From Nageia nagi (taxonomy: Eukaryota; Plantae; Pinophyta), in NCBI GenBank assembly GCA_050084985.1, contig JBITNC010000001.1:180358001-180422000 (forward strand): DNA of 64,000 nucleotides, written 5' to 3'. Positions 49,369-63,000 of this stretch are shown piece by piece (the first letter of the stretch is position 1; the number at the start of each line of letters is the position of its first letter). The position numbers and the translations under genes were made by a program. Under the pieces are notes generated by a model that was not told the DNA's origin, made no database searches, and worked only from the letters and a program-made list of their open reading frames with translations.

Positions 49369-51414
49369 TGTGCTCAAATGGCCTTGTAGATATAATATCT
49401 CCACCACTGCATTTTACAAGGTATTGGAAATGGCCTATTAAAGATATATTGTTTGATTTTTTTTCTTTTTTCTTTTTAAAGGAAATAATTTTTTATTCTC
49501 TAAGAAAAGAGAAGAAGAATTATTTTTGGATAGATAAGAGGTGGGTATTATTATTTTTTTTTCGAGCTTTTTTTATTATTTTTTAATGAAAAATGGGGGA
49601 TTTTTAAATCTTCTTTATTAAAAAAAAGGGGAAAGGAAATTAATCCTAAGGAAGTTCTTTTACTTAAAATAAAGTGATTTGTAATTTTTTTTCTTCACAA
49701 TCAATCTTTGATTTCAAGTGAAATAAAAATTGATGGAATTTTTAAAGAAAATGGGCTCTTATTTCATGGGAAACCTTCTAAAAAGGGTTAAGTGTTGGAC
49801 CAAATCTTTAATAGGTCACCTAAAGAGATCAAAATATGAATATAAATATGAAGTTGAGTATGTTTCTCTTTGCCAAATTTAAAGGTCATAATGAACCTTC
49901 AAACTTCTATTCATTATTGAATGAAAGCTATAAAGTTAGACCTTACTCAAACTTAGCACTTAGTTCCATATCAATTTAAGAGGATTAATATAATTAAATG
50001 GTTAAGTTCAAAAGGTCACATTGTGTAATATGGAGCAAATTTAATAGTTTTTTGCTCAAATTAAAAGATGTTATAATACTTGCACCCAATGTTGAAAGAT
50101 ATTCAAGTATGAAAAGTCTCTTTGGTGACTTAGATAACTTGGTCATAACCCTAACTTATATGGAGTTATGTCACATTATTTTTTTCATATTAATAGAAGA
50201 ATATCCATGTTTATGGATTTATGCCACATTATTTTATTAAATATAGATGGAAATATATTCATATTTATGTATTTATGCCACATTGTTAATTATTTATTTG
50301 CTAATTATCGAAGTAGTTAAAATGTTTTCCTTTCTCCAAAATTGCATTAAAAAGGTTCACCCTTCTCTAAAATTGTAATTTGTTTTTGGAATTTAAATCT
50401 ATGTTATTGAATTAATGCTACCTTATTCCATCATATGCATCTTAATTAGTATCATAGTCAAGTTGTAATTTGTGGCTTGTGCATCTTAACTAGTGGCATA
50501 ATCAAGTTTATATGTTGTGGCTTGTTCTTAATCTATGCTATAATATTGTTAAAGGAGAACTTAAACTTTCAAAAAATATTTGTAAATAGATAAGAACTTA
50601 CACATCTTTGACACATGACTTATGCATTGCTTATGACCTTTTTCATCAAGTTGGCATTTAATAATTTTTAGCATGGTTAAGGTAGCATGGTCATATGAGT
50701 ATTTGATAGGTGAAGTTGTCATAAAGGGGGAGATAGAAAATGTTATGATATGATGATACCTTCATACCAAAATCAAACATAAATAATGATCTAAAATAAA
50801 TAAAAGTAATAAAAAATAAATAAAAATGATGATGATTTATGATCATGTTGTGCACATTTTACATACTTATAGATATTTCATATATCCTTGTTTGATAGTG
50901 CATTTATGTATTACTTGTTTGATAGTGCATTTGATATTATGCATATTTAGATATTTATATATCATGGATATACATATTACACATATGATATGATATATTA
51001 AGACTTGTTAGTATGCACATATGATATTCTTAAATATCATAGTTAATAATGTATGTCATATTTGATGTTGTGCATATGTATTTAATGATGTATCTTACTA
51101 GTTTTGTTATGAGCTACTTAAAACTTATAGGTTTCTTCTAAAGATTATAGGTTACATAGGTATGCAAGCTTGTGGAGGCTCATCATATCAACTTGTTGGA
51201 TAACTACTACTTGTACATTGAAATCATTTATGGTTAATGATTGTATTGAAAATCATTTGTTAAAATGGTTAAGTAGTTGATTCTTATAGAGCTATCTAAA
51301 TTCTATTATTTTTTCACAAGTTCTCATCTCTGCTTGTATTTTTATATAGGAGAACTCTCTTACACTCTCTTTCTATCTTTTCTTTTTCTATCCCAATATT
51401 GCACTAAAGAAAAG

Positions 51415-51932
51415 TGTTAGAATTTATAATGCATTATTATAAGATTTCTTAATGTGATTCATTTAATACTTAAGGGTATCCCTAGATACCTTAAGTATTT
51501 AATGAATATGATAATAAAACTTATCTTACACTCCCTCTCATGAGTATGCCCCTTGGATAAAAGGGTGATGCATGTCATGACTTTGTACAATGGTTAATAG
51601 AGTGATCCAAAAAAAGATTTTGGCCTATAAATAAAGGGACCTCTCCTTAAGATTACACACTTGGAGTAGCATAAAAATTGTAGTCTTGTGGATTTGTAAG
51701 AATTCTCTTGTAAGAGTTTTATAGGAGAATTTTGTATAAGAATTATTGAGAATTTATAAGAGAGTTCACTTATGAGAAATAATAGAAAACAAGATTCAAG
51801 TGGATGTACTCCCATAATGGAGGAACCATTATATATGATGTATCTCATTGTGTATGAAATTATGTTTCTTGTATTAAAAATTTATGGAATCCTTAAAGAT
51901 GATCTTGGTTATGGAATCCTTCAATTCCATCA
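51415..51932 (+). repeat. 3' LTR of C
   Basis: TGTTAGAATTTATAAT...ttccatCA, followed by TSD AAGAT. Confidence 0.92.
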
Positions 51933-51937
51933 AAGAT

Positions 51938-52510
51938 TACATCTCATTAGCTGATACCTTACTCTTAGGTATATTTCTAAATGTTGCTTATTAAGATTGA
52001 AATCTTGTTATCATTCAAGTAAATATCTATCATCCATATTCACGATCATATGCTTAGTTTAACTTATCATATTTATTATCATCGACTCTTATTGGCAGAA
52101 CTCATTCTATCAGAACACTAGCACCTACGTTGAAGTACGCACCCACATTGAATTCTTGGATCCTAGCACTTATGTTGGGATTCTTTCTATAATTGGACTT
52201 AGGGTTCATACAAAAAGGTCACTTCTCTTCGATAATCCCATACAACATATTTTTAGCTTCGACATAGGTAAAGACATACAAATATTTATATTACACTTGA
52301 CTCCTTTCTCTTTTATATGTGCATACATTTTATATCTTGATATCAATGTAATTTGTTATTCTATTACTACATTATTATACTTATACTATATTCCTTTATT
52401 CATGTATATTTGTTTGAGTTAATTAGCTTAGATAAATCATATTTAAATATTTATGTGTATTCAGTTCATTTAAGATAAAGATCTTAGGTGTACCAAAACA
52501 TATATCAACA
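51938..52510 (+). repeat. 3' LTR of A, right part
   Basis: Collinear with ~6996-7569; ends TATCAACA followed by TSD ATAAC. Confidence 0.9.
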
Positions 52511-52883
52511 ATAACATTTCATCACAAATGATATAACAATAAATAGCAAGAATGAAATTAATATAATAAGCATACATCATCATGAAAATACTAAATATCA
52601 TATTAATAGATGCAAATTATCACATAAATACCCAATGTTTTATTCATAGATGCATATATATGATCTTAAAGAACTAACATAATGATGGTTAGTTTAAATG
52701 AAATCAATAAAGGTAATAAAGCTCAAATAAGGGTCACATCATCATGGAAGCAACAAGTTGCCCCATTCATAGATGCATATAGTAATACAATTGAATATGC
52801 CCCATTCGTGAATGTATCAAATGAAAAACTACTAAAAATATGGGATTTTGCTATGTCTTCCTAGTAAAGATAAATATTAATAA

Positions 52884-53235
52884 TAGTGATGATTATTTAT
52901 AGTCCACCTAACAAGGACAAGTCATTAAGTAGTGATGGTTATTTAGAGTCCACCCAACAAGGACATGATCATAAATTTAGATTCCATCCAACAAGGACAT
53001 ATCATAAAGTAGAGGTGGTTATTTATATTCCACTCAACAAGGACATTATCATAAAGTAGTGATGGTTATTTAGAGCCACCCAACAAGTATATGATCATAA
53101 AGTAGTTATATTTATTTATAGTCCACCCAAAAAGGACATAATCACAAAGGAGTGATGGTTATTTAGAGTCTATCCAACAAGGACATATCATAAAGTAGTG
53201 ATAGTTATTTATAATATACCTAACAAGGATATGAT
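52884..53235. repeat. ~47-bp tandem repeat x~8 in 3' UTR of element 0
   Basis: agtagtgatggttatttagagtccacccaacaaggacatgatcataa units. Confidence 0.9.
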
Positions 53236-53839
53236 AGTAATGAAATGATGCAATATAGTATGATCATAACAAAGAATTGAAAAGGTGATAACATTCATTT
53301 ATTATTTATGCATATAAGACATGAAATAATGCAAAAAATGATACATGATCTTACCATTTTATGACTATGATGAATGTAAAAGGCTTGGCAAAAATGCTAG
53401 TGGTAGCATGAATGTTGTAGTCAGTGTGAGTGTTGAAGATCATGCAAGAACTTGTTCTAAATTTTATCTGAGACTTAAATGACATAAAAACTAATATGAT
53501 AGAATTTCAATGATGTTTTTAAAGATTGTCCTATTTCTCAAGGCAACAACTGTACAATTGATAAATTCCAAATCATTGAACTAGATCACATAGCTATTAG
53601 AATATGATTTAATGATATGCATTGAACCAAAGGACTTAGCTAAGACCCATATCATCATTTAACTTTATTTTTCATTATAAATCATTGAAAATATCAACAT
53701 GAACATTGAGCAAAATGGTATGAAATGTATAGAAGGATAGTGTTGACATTAGGATTACACTAAGAAAATTATACTAGACCTATGCATACGCTATTGACTA
53801 AATAAGACCTCCTAAAACACAAGTGATAAGCATATATTA

Positions 53840-56800
53840 TGGATAAAAGGGTTTTAGGTGCCTATAATTGATTGAAAACTTATCTACCTTCCCCTTAATG
53901 GTGACTAATATGCATGCTACATTGGAATACTTTTTCTTGATAATGTATGAAACTATCCAATTTTTCTCAAATTTACCTTTGTGATAATTTTATTTGAGTG
54001 CTAAATCATAACCTTTAAATTCTCTTAGTCTAATTTTCTTTCCATATGCTTTCTTGGTTCCTTTTTGATAAGCTTTAATATGTTCCAAAGTATGGATCCG
54101 TTTCTCATCCAAGGCTTCTAATTATCTTAATCTTGCTTTTTTTTTGTTCTTATCAATCAATGATGCTTTCTAAAGACACCCTTACAGATGGTATTTCCAA
54201 CTCTAATGGAAGTAATACCTCATCTCCATAAACTAGTGAAAATAGTGTATGACTTGATGTTGATCTAATATTGATCTTATATACCCATAACGCATATATT
54301 AGTTGTGAATGCCAATCCCTTTTAGTATTTTTTATAGTTTTTCATAAGATGTTTATGATTGTCTTGGTGATTTCTTCCACTTTTCCATTTACTTATGGAT
54401 AGTATGTTGATGAAAACTTTTTATTTATATTGAATACCTTACAAAATTTCCTAACATGCTTACCTCTAAAATTCATGCCATTATCCATGATTATGTGCAA
54501 TGGAACACCAAATCTTGAAATAATATTGTTAGTAAATAATTTATTAACTTAAGCACCCTTGGATGGTCTTAAAGGTACTAATTCTTCCCATTTAGTGAAA
54601 TACTCAATAGCAAACAAAATAAATTTATGTTCTTCGCTAGATTTAGGATTAATAACTCTAATTAGATCTAAAGCCCAAATAGCAAAAGTCCAAGGATAAA
54701 CCATTGTAGCCGACTCACTTCAAGGGGCCAATATTAAGTTAGCATGCTTTTGATATTTTTCACATTTGTTAACATGAAGTATGCAATCATTTTTCATAGA
54801 TGGCCAATAGTAACCTAGTATCAAAAGCTTATGAAATATGGACTTACCATTAAAATGTCCTCAACTTATATTATCATGCACTTGTTCCATAGCCTTAGTA
54901 GTTTCTTTATGATTCAAACATCTAATAAAAGTGCCATCAAAATATATTTTGTAAATAATATCACTAATGATAATATACCTTGTTTCCATTCACTTAAGTC
55001 TTTGCTGAGAATCTTATTATGACATGAATCCATAATCTTCACATCTCTTAAGTTGTCAATATAAATATACCACTCATGCAATGGGAGTATGCAACATATA
55101 AATGGATCTTTCTCAAAGAATAAGTTGAAGGCTTCTTCATCTAGGAAAGAACTATTCTTGAGACTATTTATTTTGATGATAGTGTCTTCATCCTGTATGG
55201 AAATAGGTGTAAAATATGTAGCATTATATTAACAAATCTATTACTATTTCTTGGAATGTTCTCAAATTGAACTTGTACAAAGCATATTTAAACCATCCTT
55301 GTTACAAAATATTTTTTATGAATTCAACTTTTCATCTTTTGTATTATACACCTCATTGATACAAATGATGATAAGATATGAATCATCATAAACCTTTAAT
55401 TTATTGATACCAATATTAATAAAAACCTTTAATCCCAAAAATAAAGATTCATACTCAACCATATTTTTAGTACATTCAAAATTTAATTTGTAATCCATAG
55501 GAATAATGCCAACATCAAGAGATACCAATATAATACCTTCATTGTCTCCTTTTAAGCATTTAGAATTATTAAAATATAGTTTCCATTTTTTCTCATCAAC
55601 TTTATCAACTGATGCCACAAGTTTGTCTTACTATTGATCTTTGTTTGAAGTAACATTATCCAATGGTGCTTCAACAAACATATAACTAATAACTTATCCT
55701 TTAATTTTCTTTTTATGCATGTAAATGAGATCAAATTCTTGTAATTCCATTATCCATTTGTTTATTCTCCCTTGCAATTGAGGTTTGGAAAGAATATACC
55801 TCAATGGATAAATTTGAGCTACTATGTAAGTGGTATTGGTAGTCATATAATGCATTAATTTTTTGAGTAGTATAAATAATGATATAACATAGCTTCTCAA
55901 TTGGAGTGTACCTTATTTCCACATCATGCAAGGTTTTTTACAAATAATATAACTCTCTCTTTGGTTTCATTTTCAATTTGGACCAAAATAGTTCCTAAAG
56001 CATGACCTATAGCTAAAACATACAAATACAAAGGCCTTTCATGATTAACTAGTTGTAAAATAGAAGGATTGAGTAAATACCTTTTGATATCATCAAATTC
56101 ATTTTGAAAATATTTAGCTCATACATATTTATTTCCATTCTCAATAAAATAGGAGAAATTAGTTTTCCTATCTTCCAATTATGATATGAATATCTGAACT
56201 ACTTGTAATTTCCCTTACAAACTTTGAAGTTGCTTAATGTTCTTAGGTGGAGGTATGTCCATGATGGATTTGAAATTTTTTAATCAATTTATATTTCTCT
56301 TATAGACATAATATATGCCAATAATTTTTCACTTGATACTCCAAAAATATATTTCTTTGGATTAAGCTTCAAATTGAATTATCTTATTCTTTCAAAAATA
56401 ACCCTTAGGTCTTTTAGATGATCCTCTTTTTTCTCATATTTAGTAATAGTATCAACATATACGTCAATAGAATTATGAATGAGATCATGAAACATAGTTA
56501 CCATTGTTATTTGGTATGTAGCTCCAACATTTTTTAGGCCAAAGGGTATGACTACCAAACAAAATGTGCCCCAAGGTGTAGTAAATGTTGTCTTTAGTTG
56601 ATCCTCTTTATTGTTCCTTATCATATTGTAACCTAAAAAACCATCCATGAAAGATAACATATCATGGTTTGCATTTGAGTCCATAATTGTATCAATATGT
56701 TGTAAAGGAAAATTATATTTAGGAAATGCCTTATTCAAATCTTTGAAATTTGTATAACATTTAATATCTTCATTTGGTTGTATAGTAGGAACAATATTAG

Positions 56801-58525
56801 ATAACCATGGTGAATAATCAATAGGCTCAATAAAACCAACTTTGTGATATTTATTTCCTTATTGAATAAAAAAGAATGCTTAGGGTGCATGAGTCTTCTT
56901 TTCTATTATACAAGGTTAGCATCCTTATATACAAGAAAATTATGAGTAATAAAGGTAGGATCCAATCCGATCATATCAATGTATTTCCAAGCAAACATGT
57001 CTTTAAAATTACTGAGAAAGTGATGATATATTTGCTTTTCACCACCAATAATTCCATTTGAAATATGAAATATCCTTGGTACCTCTTTAGTACCAATGTT
57101 TATCTCAACTAGAGGCTCATTGAACCAAGATATTTCATTAACAGGTTAAGAAATATTAGGTAATGTTCCCAATCCTATTATGTCATAAGAGAAACCATGT
57201 CATAAACACACACACACACACCTAACCCTAGCTACTTAGACTACTCCTATGTGAGGAAAGATGAAAGTAGGCTAATGTAGTAGGGAAGAACCTGCTCTAT
57301 CCTCCATCTCCTCTCTAAAATATGCATGATAATGGAATGCAACTTTGCCTCATATCTTAGGATGATACTTTTTTAACTCAAATCATTCCCTAAACATGTG
57401 AAAAAATGCATGGACTATTCAAAATCATGTTCTATTTGTACCTTAAAATTGTTCTTTCTAGCATGGGGTATTCAAAATCATGTTTTGTTTGCTCAACATG
57501 GATGTCGAAAATAGGGTTAGCACTAACCTCATCATGGGCACACATCTTCCCATGCCTTTTAGCTTTTTTTGATATTTTAGGTATTAATTCCATCATATTC
57601 ACTATTTCATAATCTAATTCTAAACCTAATTCTTTATCACTACCATATGAAACTAAATCCTTCTTTCTATTCTTTGATCCAATTCCTCTTTTTACTTCAT
57701 TTGAGTACTAGACTTGTCAAAATTTATGATTTCCTCTTTGATCATTTTCTAATTGATTGTATATGTTCTAATACCTATTTACTTGTACAAATATGTGGTG
57801 TCATCATCTTCATTCTCATATTCATCTTCTTATATCTCTATATCTCTATAAGGAATGAAATTATTCCCAATGCTTCCAAGTATAGTTGGATTTTCCTCTG
57901 TAACTTTTACAACATACTCCTTTCCTTCATGGTTTAATTTTAATACTCTATGTAAAGTAGATGATATGCAACTCATAGGATGTATCCATGGTCTCCCAAG
58001 AAGTATATCATAAGGTAACTTCTTATCAAGAACATATATCATTACCTCCATAGTCTTTGGTCCCAACTAAATAGGAATGATAATGTGGCCAATGCGTAAT
58101 CTTGTATCATTATCAAAACTTGTAATCTTGTATTCTTCCTTTGTAATATATTTATCAATTTAGTTCTAAATATTTTTAAGAATTCATGAGAACAAATATT
58201 CAAACCTACATCGTCATATGCCAATACATTTTTAACTATCTTACCCATGATCTTGATATGAATGTGCACAGCTAGGCATTTATCGATGATATCTTGGCTA
58301 GGAAGCTCATCTTTGGTGAAAGATAAAGCATGTTTAAAACAATCAACCATTCCTACCAATTTACTTATTTAAATCTTAGTATCAACATATATGCCACTAA
58401 TAAGTTCAAATAGATTCAATCTATGTTCTTTAAATGTTTCAAATAATTCAAGTAAACTAATTTTAGCATTAATATTTTTCAAATTTTGTGTGACATTCTT
58501 CTTGCATTTGTCTTTTTTATAAACA
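53840..58525 (-). pseudogene. pol: Element 0 gag(C-term)-protease-RT-RH-aRH-INT, same family as A, degenerate and 5'-truncated
   Basis: NAKISLLELFETFKEHR, LPYDILLGRPWIH, FMDGFLGYN...PFGLKNVGATYQ...YVD, RYTPIEKLC, KWKLYFNNSK...FECTKNMVEYESL (aRH), and integrase RFGVPLHIIMDNG. Confidence 0.93.
57175..57291 (-). other. Putative GT-AG intron between protease and RT in element 0
   Basis: GCAG|GT...TGACATAATAG|GATTG. It contains stops and a (GT)n tract. The spliced product reads YFREEMEDRAG-LGTLPNIS*PVNEISWFNEPLVEINIGTKEVP. Confidence 0.65.
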
Positions 58526-59615
58526 TGACTTAAAGACCAAAAATGACCTCTAATACCTAATTCAACCAAGCCCTAGGTACAAAACCCTACCCTGGGTTTC
58601 ATTTTATTTTGCCCTTTTTTACCCATAAACTTGCATATTTCACAAAATAAAAGCACCAAGTTGGTCTCATATGCCTACCAAATTAGTACAAACCCTTTTG
58701 CATTAGAGAAGATATGCCCTATGGTTCTCTTGCTCTATAATCTTCATCTTGTAAACCAAAATTGGGTCAAAAACCTTGGCAAAAATTATAAAACCAACCT
58801 AAATCACTTCAATTCACAAATAATATCACTTATCTTGATTTTTTGATCATCCACAATGCTTGAAATCACCTCCTTAGGCTTACCAAACCTTTCTATACCC
58901 AAGCTCAAGGTTAAATAGTGAAAGTGATAAATAACCATAATTTGGGCCTATTTAAACTTAAATTAGGATACAATTAATGATACATATGCTAATTAACTAC
59001 CATATTTTGCCTCTAGCCTCTCCAAAATATGAAATTCCATCTCCTCAAGCCATTTGAGTCCATTATCAAAAGGTTTATTAGCCAAATTCATAATGGATAT
59101 TTTCATCTATGCTCATGTTAGTACCCATGCTGGCTAGCTAGTGCTCATGTTATCATTCCTTCATATTCACATACTCACCTTGAAAATCACAAATAATCTA
59201 GCTACAAGTGGTCTAAAAATTAATATAGGACTAACATATCTTGGAGAATGAAATATTTATAGGCACAAATTGACATCCAATCAAAGAATGATGTGTTCCC
59301 TACATGTTTGTTCTTAGGTCCAACCTATTTGTAACAAAATCAAGCACTCTATTAGTAGCTATCAAGTATTAAAATATATTTTTCAAGTTCATATCGCATG
59401 CTATATATTGTAGTTTCAACAACACAAGCACCTAGTGCAAATTCACTAGTGTTAGTGTTGAAGCTAGCATTGACTTTGGGTTACAGATGCATTAATTAGG
59501 CTGAATCATAACACATCAACATAGTAAGTTATAGGGAGTATTAATATCCTTATAATTTAATCATCACATACAAATCACATCTAAGAATGGGACATGTACC
59601 TCATGATGATGACTA
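58526..59615 (+). mobile_element. Unassigned retroelement-derived fragment truncating element 0 gag
   Basis: Abrupt loss of gag similarity at ~58525. The 3' end carries the aagaatgggacatgtacctcatgatgatga motif seen in the 3' UTR of A. Confidence 0.4.
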
Positions 59616-61139
59616 TGTAGAATCCTAAATATAATTCAAGTGCAATTAAATTAAAAAAGCACAAGTATACTCCAAAATTTGACCTAAGGCATCCAAATAA
59701 AGCTTAAGCAATGAAATAATACCAACATTTGGCAAACACTAGTAAATACAAGTATTCAAACCCTCACAATGCTAACATATGGCTCAAACAAACATAAACA
59801 TGCATAAGTAATCCAATGATACCAATAGATAAGTATGCACAACACAAATATGACATCCAATTAGCCACAAATTATATTAAGATATATGAATGAACAAGAT
59901 ATAATACCAAGCCTAAAGGGTTCAATGTTAGCATTCAAGGAACCAAATAGGTCACAATGAATATCCTTAAATCTAGATATATAGAACACTAAATGGGATA
60001 GCCTCACTCCCTCAGAATCTTAATCCTCTCCATTGAAGGATCCCTCTCCAAACCCTGGAGACCAATTGAATGGTAGAAGTTTCACCTAAGAATACCATTG
60101 GATGGGCTAGGGTGCTACACCAAATTTGTATATTAATAGGATCCCTCAACCTATCAACCCTCCTAGATGTTGCACCTAAGGATGTTTCTTAATGCTGCAT
60201 CAAGACTTCTATCCATATGATGATATGAGTAATAATGTTAATTTTATATATCCAAAAATAAGGCTCCAAGGGCTAATAAAGTTTTCCTAGATCTAGATCC
60301 CACCTCAAATTCATCATCCAATTCCCTCAAACCCCAACAATGTCACCAAGGATTCATTCCAAGTCCAACATGGGTATTTAGTCCTCCTTCATGGTCCATG
60401 TGGGTCTAAGAATGCATACATGAGTCAAAGAGGTATGCATGGGTATCTAGGGGATCAATGTGGGTGTCATGGACCAATATAGGGGTCTAGAAGTCTCCCC
60501 AATGTTGATGCATATGCACAAGTGCTCCCAATCTCAACATTGGGGATATTAAGTGATCATCCATACTCTAAGTACTAAATAGACCTTGGGATTCCCATAA
60601 TCATATTTTAGGATATCCAAGTACATTAAAATACTCTAAACTACACTTGGGAGAGAGATGTTCCATTTGAGGCTCATAGTAGGGTGTAATGATCCATTAA
60701 GTCTTCTATCCCAAGTCCTAACTAATAAAACATAGTTAATAATCAAATATTTACAAAGAGGGAATCTATTGGATTCTAAAATTAAGGACAATAATCAAAG
60801 GGGGACATCAAAAAGCCTCCCCTCTTGAATTGCTTACCCTCAAGCAATGATAGAATGCTATAACATATTATATTCAAATGATCCTTTAGCCTTATTGATT
60901 GCAATTTTCTAGAGTGGAATGCAACTTCAATATGTCCCCTCCATGGTGAAGGTCCTATGTGAAACATTGAATTTGCATCTGTCACCCCACATTAAGTTCC
61001 AAATTTCTATCCTTAGAAAACATGAGGGTGTATGTATATGGGAGCCTCTTGGAGAATGTACCTACAAAAATCTCAAGTAATTCATGTATAAGTGAAAAAA
61101 AGTGGATTCTTTGCTCCATATATGAGGCCAAGACTTCCA

Positions 61140-61680
61140 CAACCTCAATGTGGGGTGTCAAAATCTTCTAGTTTCCAATGTGGAGTCTAAATCCTTCTTG
61201 AATTCCTCTGTGGGGTGCCAAATTGTCTTCATGCCCATTTCTAGGTATCTAAGCCTTCCTAGGTCCAACATGGGATGCCAACACTCCATCAAACCAATCA
61301 TTAGGTTCCTAAACCTTATTAATCCCAATGTGAGATTCCCAAACTCCTTCATGCTAACCATCATGTACCAATATCTCTCAATCTTCCATGTGAGGTGTAA
61401 AAGCTTCCTTGAGTCTAACATGGGCTATGAGAGCTACTCTAATCCAAACATCCATATCTAAGTCTCCTCAATCTCCCATGTGAGGTGTATAAGGTCCCTC
61501 AAGTCCCACATTAGGTAGTAAACCTCCTCAATACCCAACATGAGGTGCAAGAGGCCTTTTAGGCTCAATGTCCAATATCTAACCTCCCAAAGCTCCAACA
61601 TGAAGTGTAGAAGATCCTCTAAGCTCCACATTAGGTATAAAAGCTTCCTAATGTGCAACATAGGGTACGGGAGATCCTCA
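61140..61680 (-). repeat. Degenerate 30-bp tandem repeat encoding a 10-aa Leu-rich periodic peptide
   Basis: Units like ccaacatgaggtgc.. recur every 30 nt. ORFs 61458-61661 and 61158-61421 share one frame: LEDLLHFMLE/LWEVRYWTLS/LKGLLHLMLG/IEEVYYLMWD/LRDLIHLTWE. Confidence 0.7.
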
Positions 61681-61789
61681 ACACTCTTTCCTCATGCTAA
61701 TTCCCTCATATTCTTCTTCTTCCTTCTTATGGCACCACTTAATCAACTCAATCCTTTTATTTTCCACCTATGGGGAAATCATCTTGAAT

Positions 61790-63000
61790 TCCCTATAATG
61801 TATAGGTATTTCCATCAATATCGAAACTCATGGTGAGTTTTTGGTAGTTAGTATGAATGTCACCCAACTCAAATAGCCACTAAATACCTATAATGATATG
61901 AGTATGTCTCTTAAAAGGATAAACATAGAATTTATCCCTTACTTTGTAGCTCTACAGTCTCACCCCAAATGTCTTATTGATTTGGTCCACCAAGGTGATA
62001 TTTCCATTGGCATTGGAAAATATAAACCCTTCAAATCCCTTGGTATTCAAGCTCTTTTTCTCTATAAAACCTTCATTAATGAAGTTATGGGATGCTCTAG
62101 GATCTATTATGGTCATCACATCCAAACCGCCTACTTGCCCCACCACCTTTAATGTGCGGTATTTCTTAACCCCATGGAGTGAATTAATCATGCTCCCTAA
62201 TGAGCCTTTGACTTAGGTGCCTCTTGGTCTAAAATGTCCATGCAAACATTCAAACTTGAATCATCTATCTCCTCATTTGAAAATACCTCAATATAATTCA
62301 CTTTCCCTTTACCTTAGCAAGGGTGCCCTGACTCCCATGTCTTCTTGCAATAGAAGCACTTTCCTTCTTCCCCTAATTTTCTCCATGTGGCTACATCTAA
62401 TTGGTTTTTTCAAGGCAAGGAAAAGGGTTTGGATCTATTAGATCCCTCATTATTTGCAAATGTATTTTGAGTGTTTGACCTTTTGTACACCTCCCCTCCC
62501 TTGAGGGATTTCATAGTTAGCTACAAATCATATGCAACCCTGATAGCATCATCAAGGTTTCTTAGTGAAGATACCTTGACCATCCCTTGCAATGGATCCA
62601 TTAGTCCCTATATGAAGAGGAATTTCAACCTTTCCTCAAGGATATGGTGGATCATAACTATAATCTTCTAAAACTTAGGCACATATTCATCTACTATACC
62701 CTGCTATCTCAAAGATGTTAATTCTATGAAATAATCATGCTCCTTATTTCTATCAAACCTTATGGAAAACTTATCAAAAGAGGTGATTTTTGAGTAATAT
62801 TGGCTAATTAATCTATGCCACCACCATTTTAGGGCATCACCCTCAAAGTGTAATGTTGCAAAATTGATTGCATCCTCCTCCACCATATTCAAGCTCAAGA
62901 TGAAGTAGGTCTATAGCTGGTGTAGACAAGCCCTAGTTGTCATCCTCTTGCCATCATATAGTGACACCTACATTTTATTAAATTTTTTCTATAAATCCAT
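61790..63000 (-). pseudogene. gag: Gypsy gag and aspartic protease (degenerate)
   Basis: AINFATLHFEGDALKWWW...ITSFDKFS.RFD (gag); TLKVVGQVGG..VMTIIDPRASHNFI and IIGI.WLFELGDI..NYQKLTMSF (protease). Confidence 0.88.

Larger units (their letters stand above)
29519..51932 (+). mobile_element. Element C: non-autonomous Copia-related LTR element (LARD-like) with cargo
   Basis: LTRs 29519-30037 and 51415-51932; perfect TSD AAGAT (29514-29518, 51933-51937); PBS TGGTATCAGAGC 30040-30051; PPT aaagaaaag. No RT/INT of its own. 50280-51414 is homologous to non-coding parts of Copia E. Confidence 0.92.
6771..52510 (+). mobile_element. Element A: Tat/Ogre-like Ty3/gypsy retrotransposon with nested insertions
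   Basis: 5' LTR 6771-7569; 3' LTR 29294-29518 + 51938-52510. Perfect 5-bp TSD ATAAC (6766-6770 and 52511-52515). PPT aaaggagag lies just before 29294, and gag-pol is inside. Confidence 0.9.

Noticed and set aside
52884-53235. Repeat arrays (also 41404-41590, 34165-34380, 30059-30160) as CRISPR
   Set aside because: The units are contiguous with no unique spacers, there are no cas genes, and the context is eukaryotic retroelement UTRs.
60860-61130. Chromodomain at the end of the gypsy derivative
   Set aside because: No recognisable LVKW...TWE motif in the minus frames I could read.
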